A DNA stretch of 64,000 bases, taken from the NCBI RefSeq assembly GCF_009914755.1, contig NC_060947.1; one strand, written 5' to 3'. Source of the stretch: the human T2T-CHM13v2.0 reference genome, Homo sapiens. Positions 60,425 through 64,000 of this stretch are shown one piece after another. Both the position numbers and the translations under genes were made by a program. Each line of letters starts with the position of its first letter. Positions within the stretch are counted from its first letter, which is position 1. The notes under the pieces were generated by a model, which was given only the letters and a program-made list of their open reading frames with translations, made no database searches and had not been told where the DNA came from.

Positions 60425-64000
<3,576 letters not shown>

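Overview
Primate (almost certainly human-lineage) AT-rich, gene-poor genomic DNA, of which roughly two thirds or more is LINE-1. I see no host protein-coding gene, RNA gene or CRISPR array. All longer ORFs are decayed L1 ORF1/ORF2 remnants, and the short ORFs are antisense-repeat or chance ORFs. The window is a nested stack of retroelements. There are four near full-length L1s (L1PA15/16-like minus 4648-11684, L1PB1-like plus 11877-18125, L1PB3/4-like plus 30505-36362, L1PA13-15-like plus 38915-46440). It also holds a fragmented L1MA host (36370-49590), a younger L1PA cut by the window end, six Alus, Tigger/MER DNA transposons, MaLR LTR pieces, MIR and L2. The most interesting structures are fossil retrotransposition and repair events readable directly from the sequence: (1) an ~830-bp L1 3' transduction carrying older repeats into a younger host, (2) an L1-retroposed HERV-W (LTR17) U3-R-polyA copy, (3) two near-identical cis-templated insertions copied from 2.5 kb and 0.8 kb away within the same L1, (4) a short double-tailed transduction, (5) several twin-priming inversions and micro template-switch scars, and (6) a pair of candidate non-coding exons. 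Subfamily calls come from my recollection of consensus sequences and need RepeatMasker/Dfam confirmation. I found no support for a novel protein-based system.
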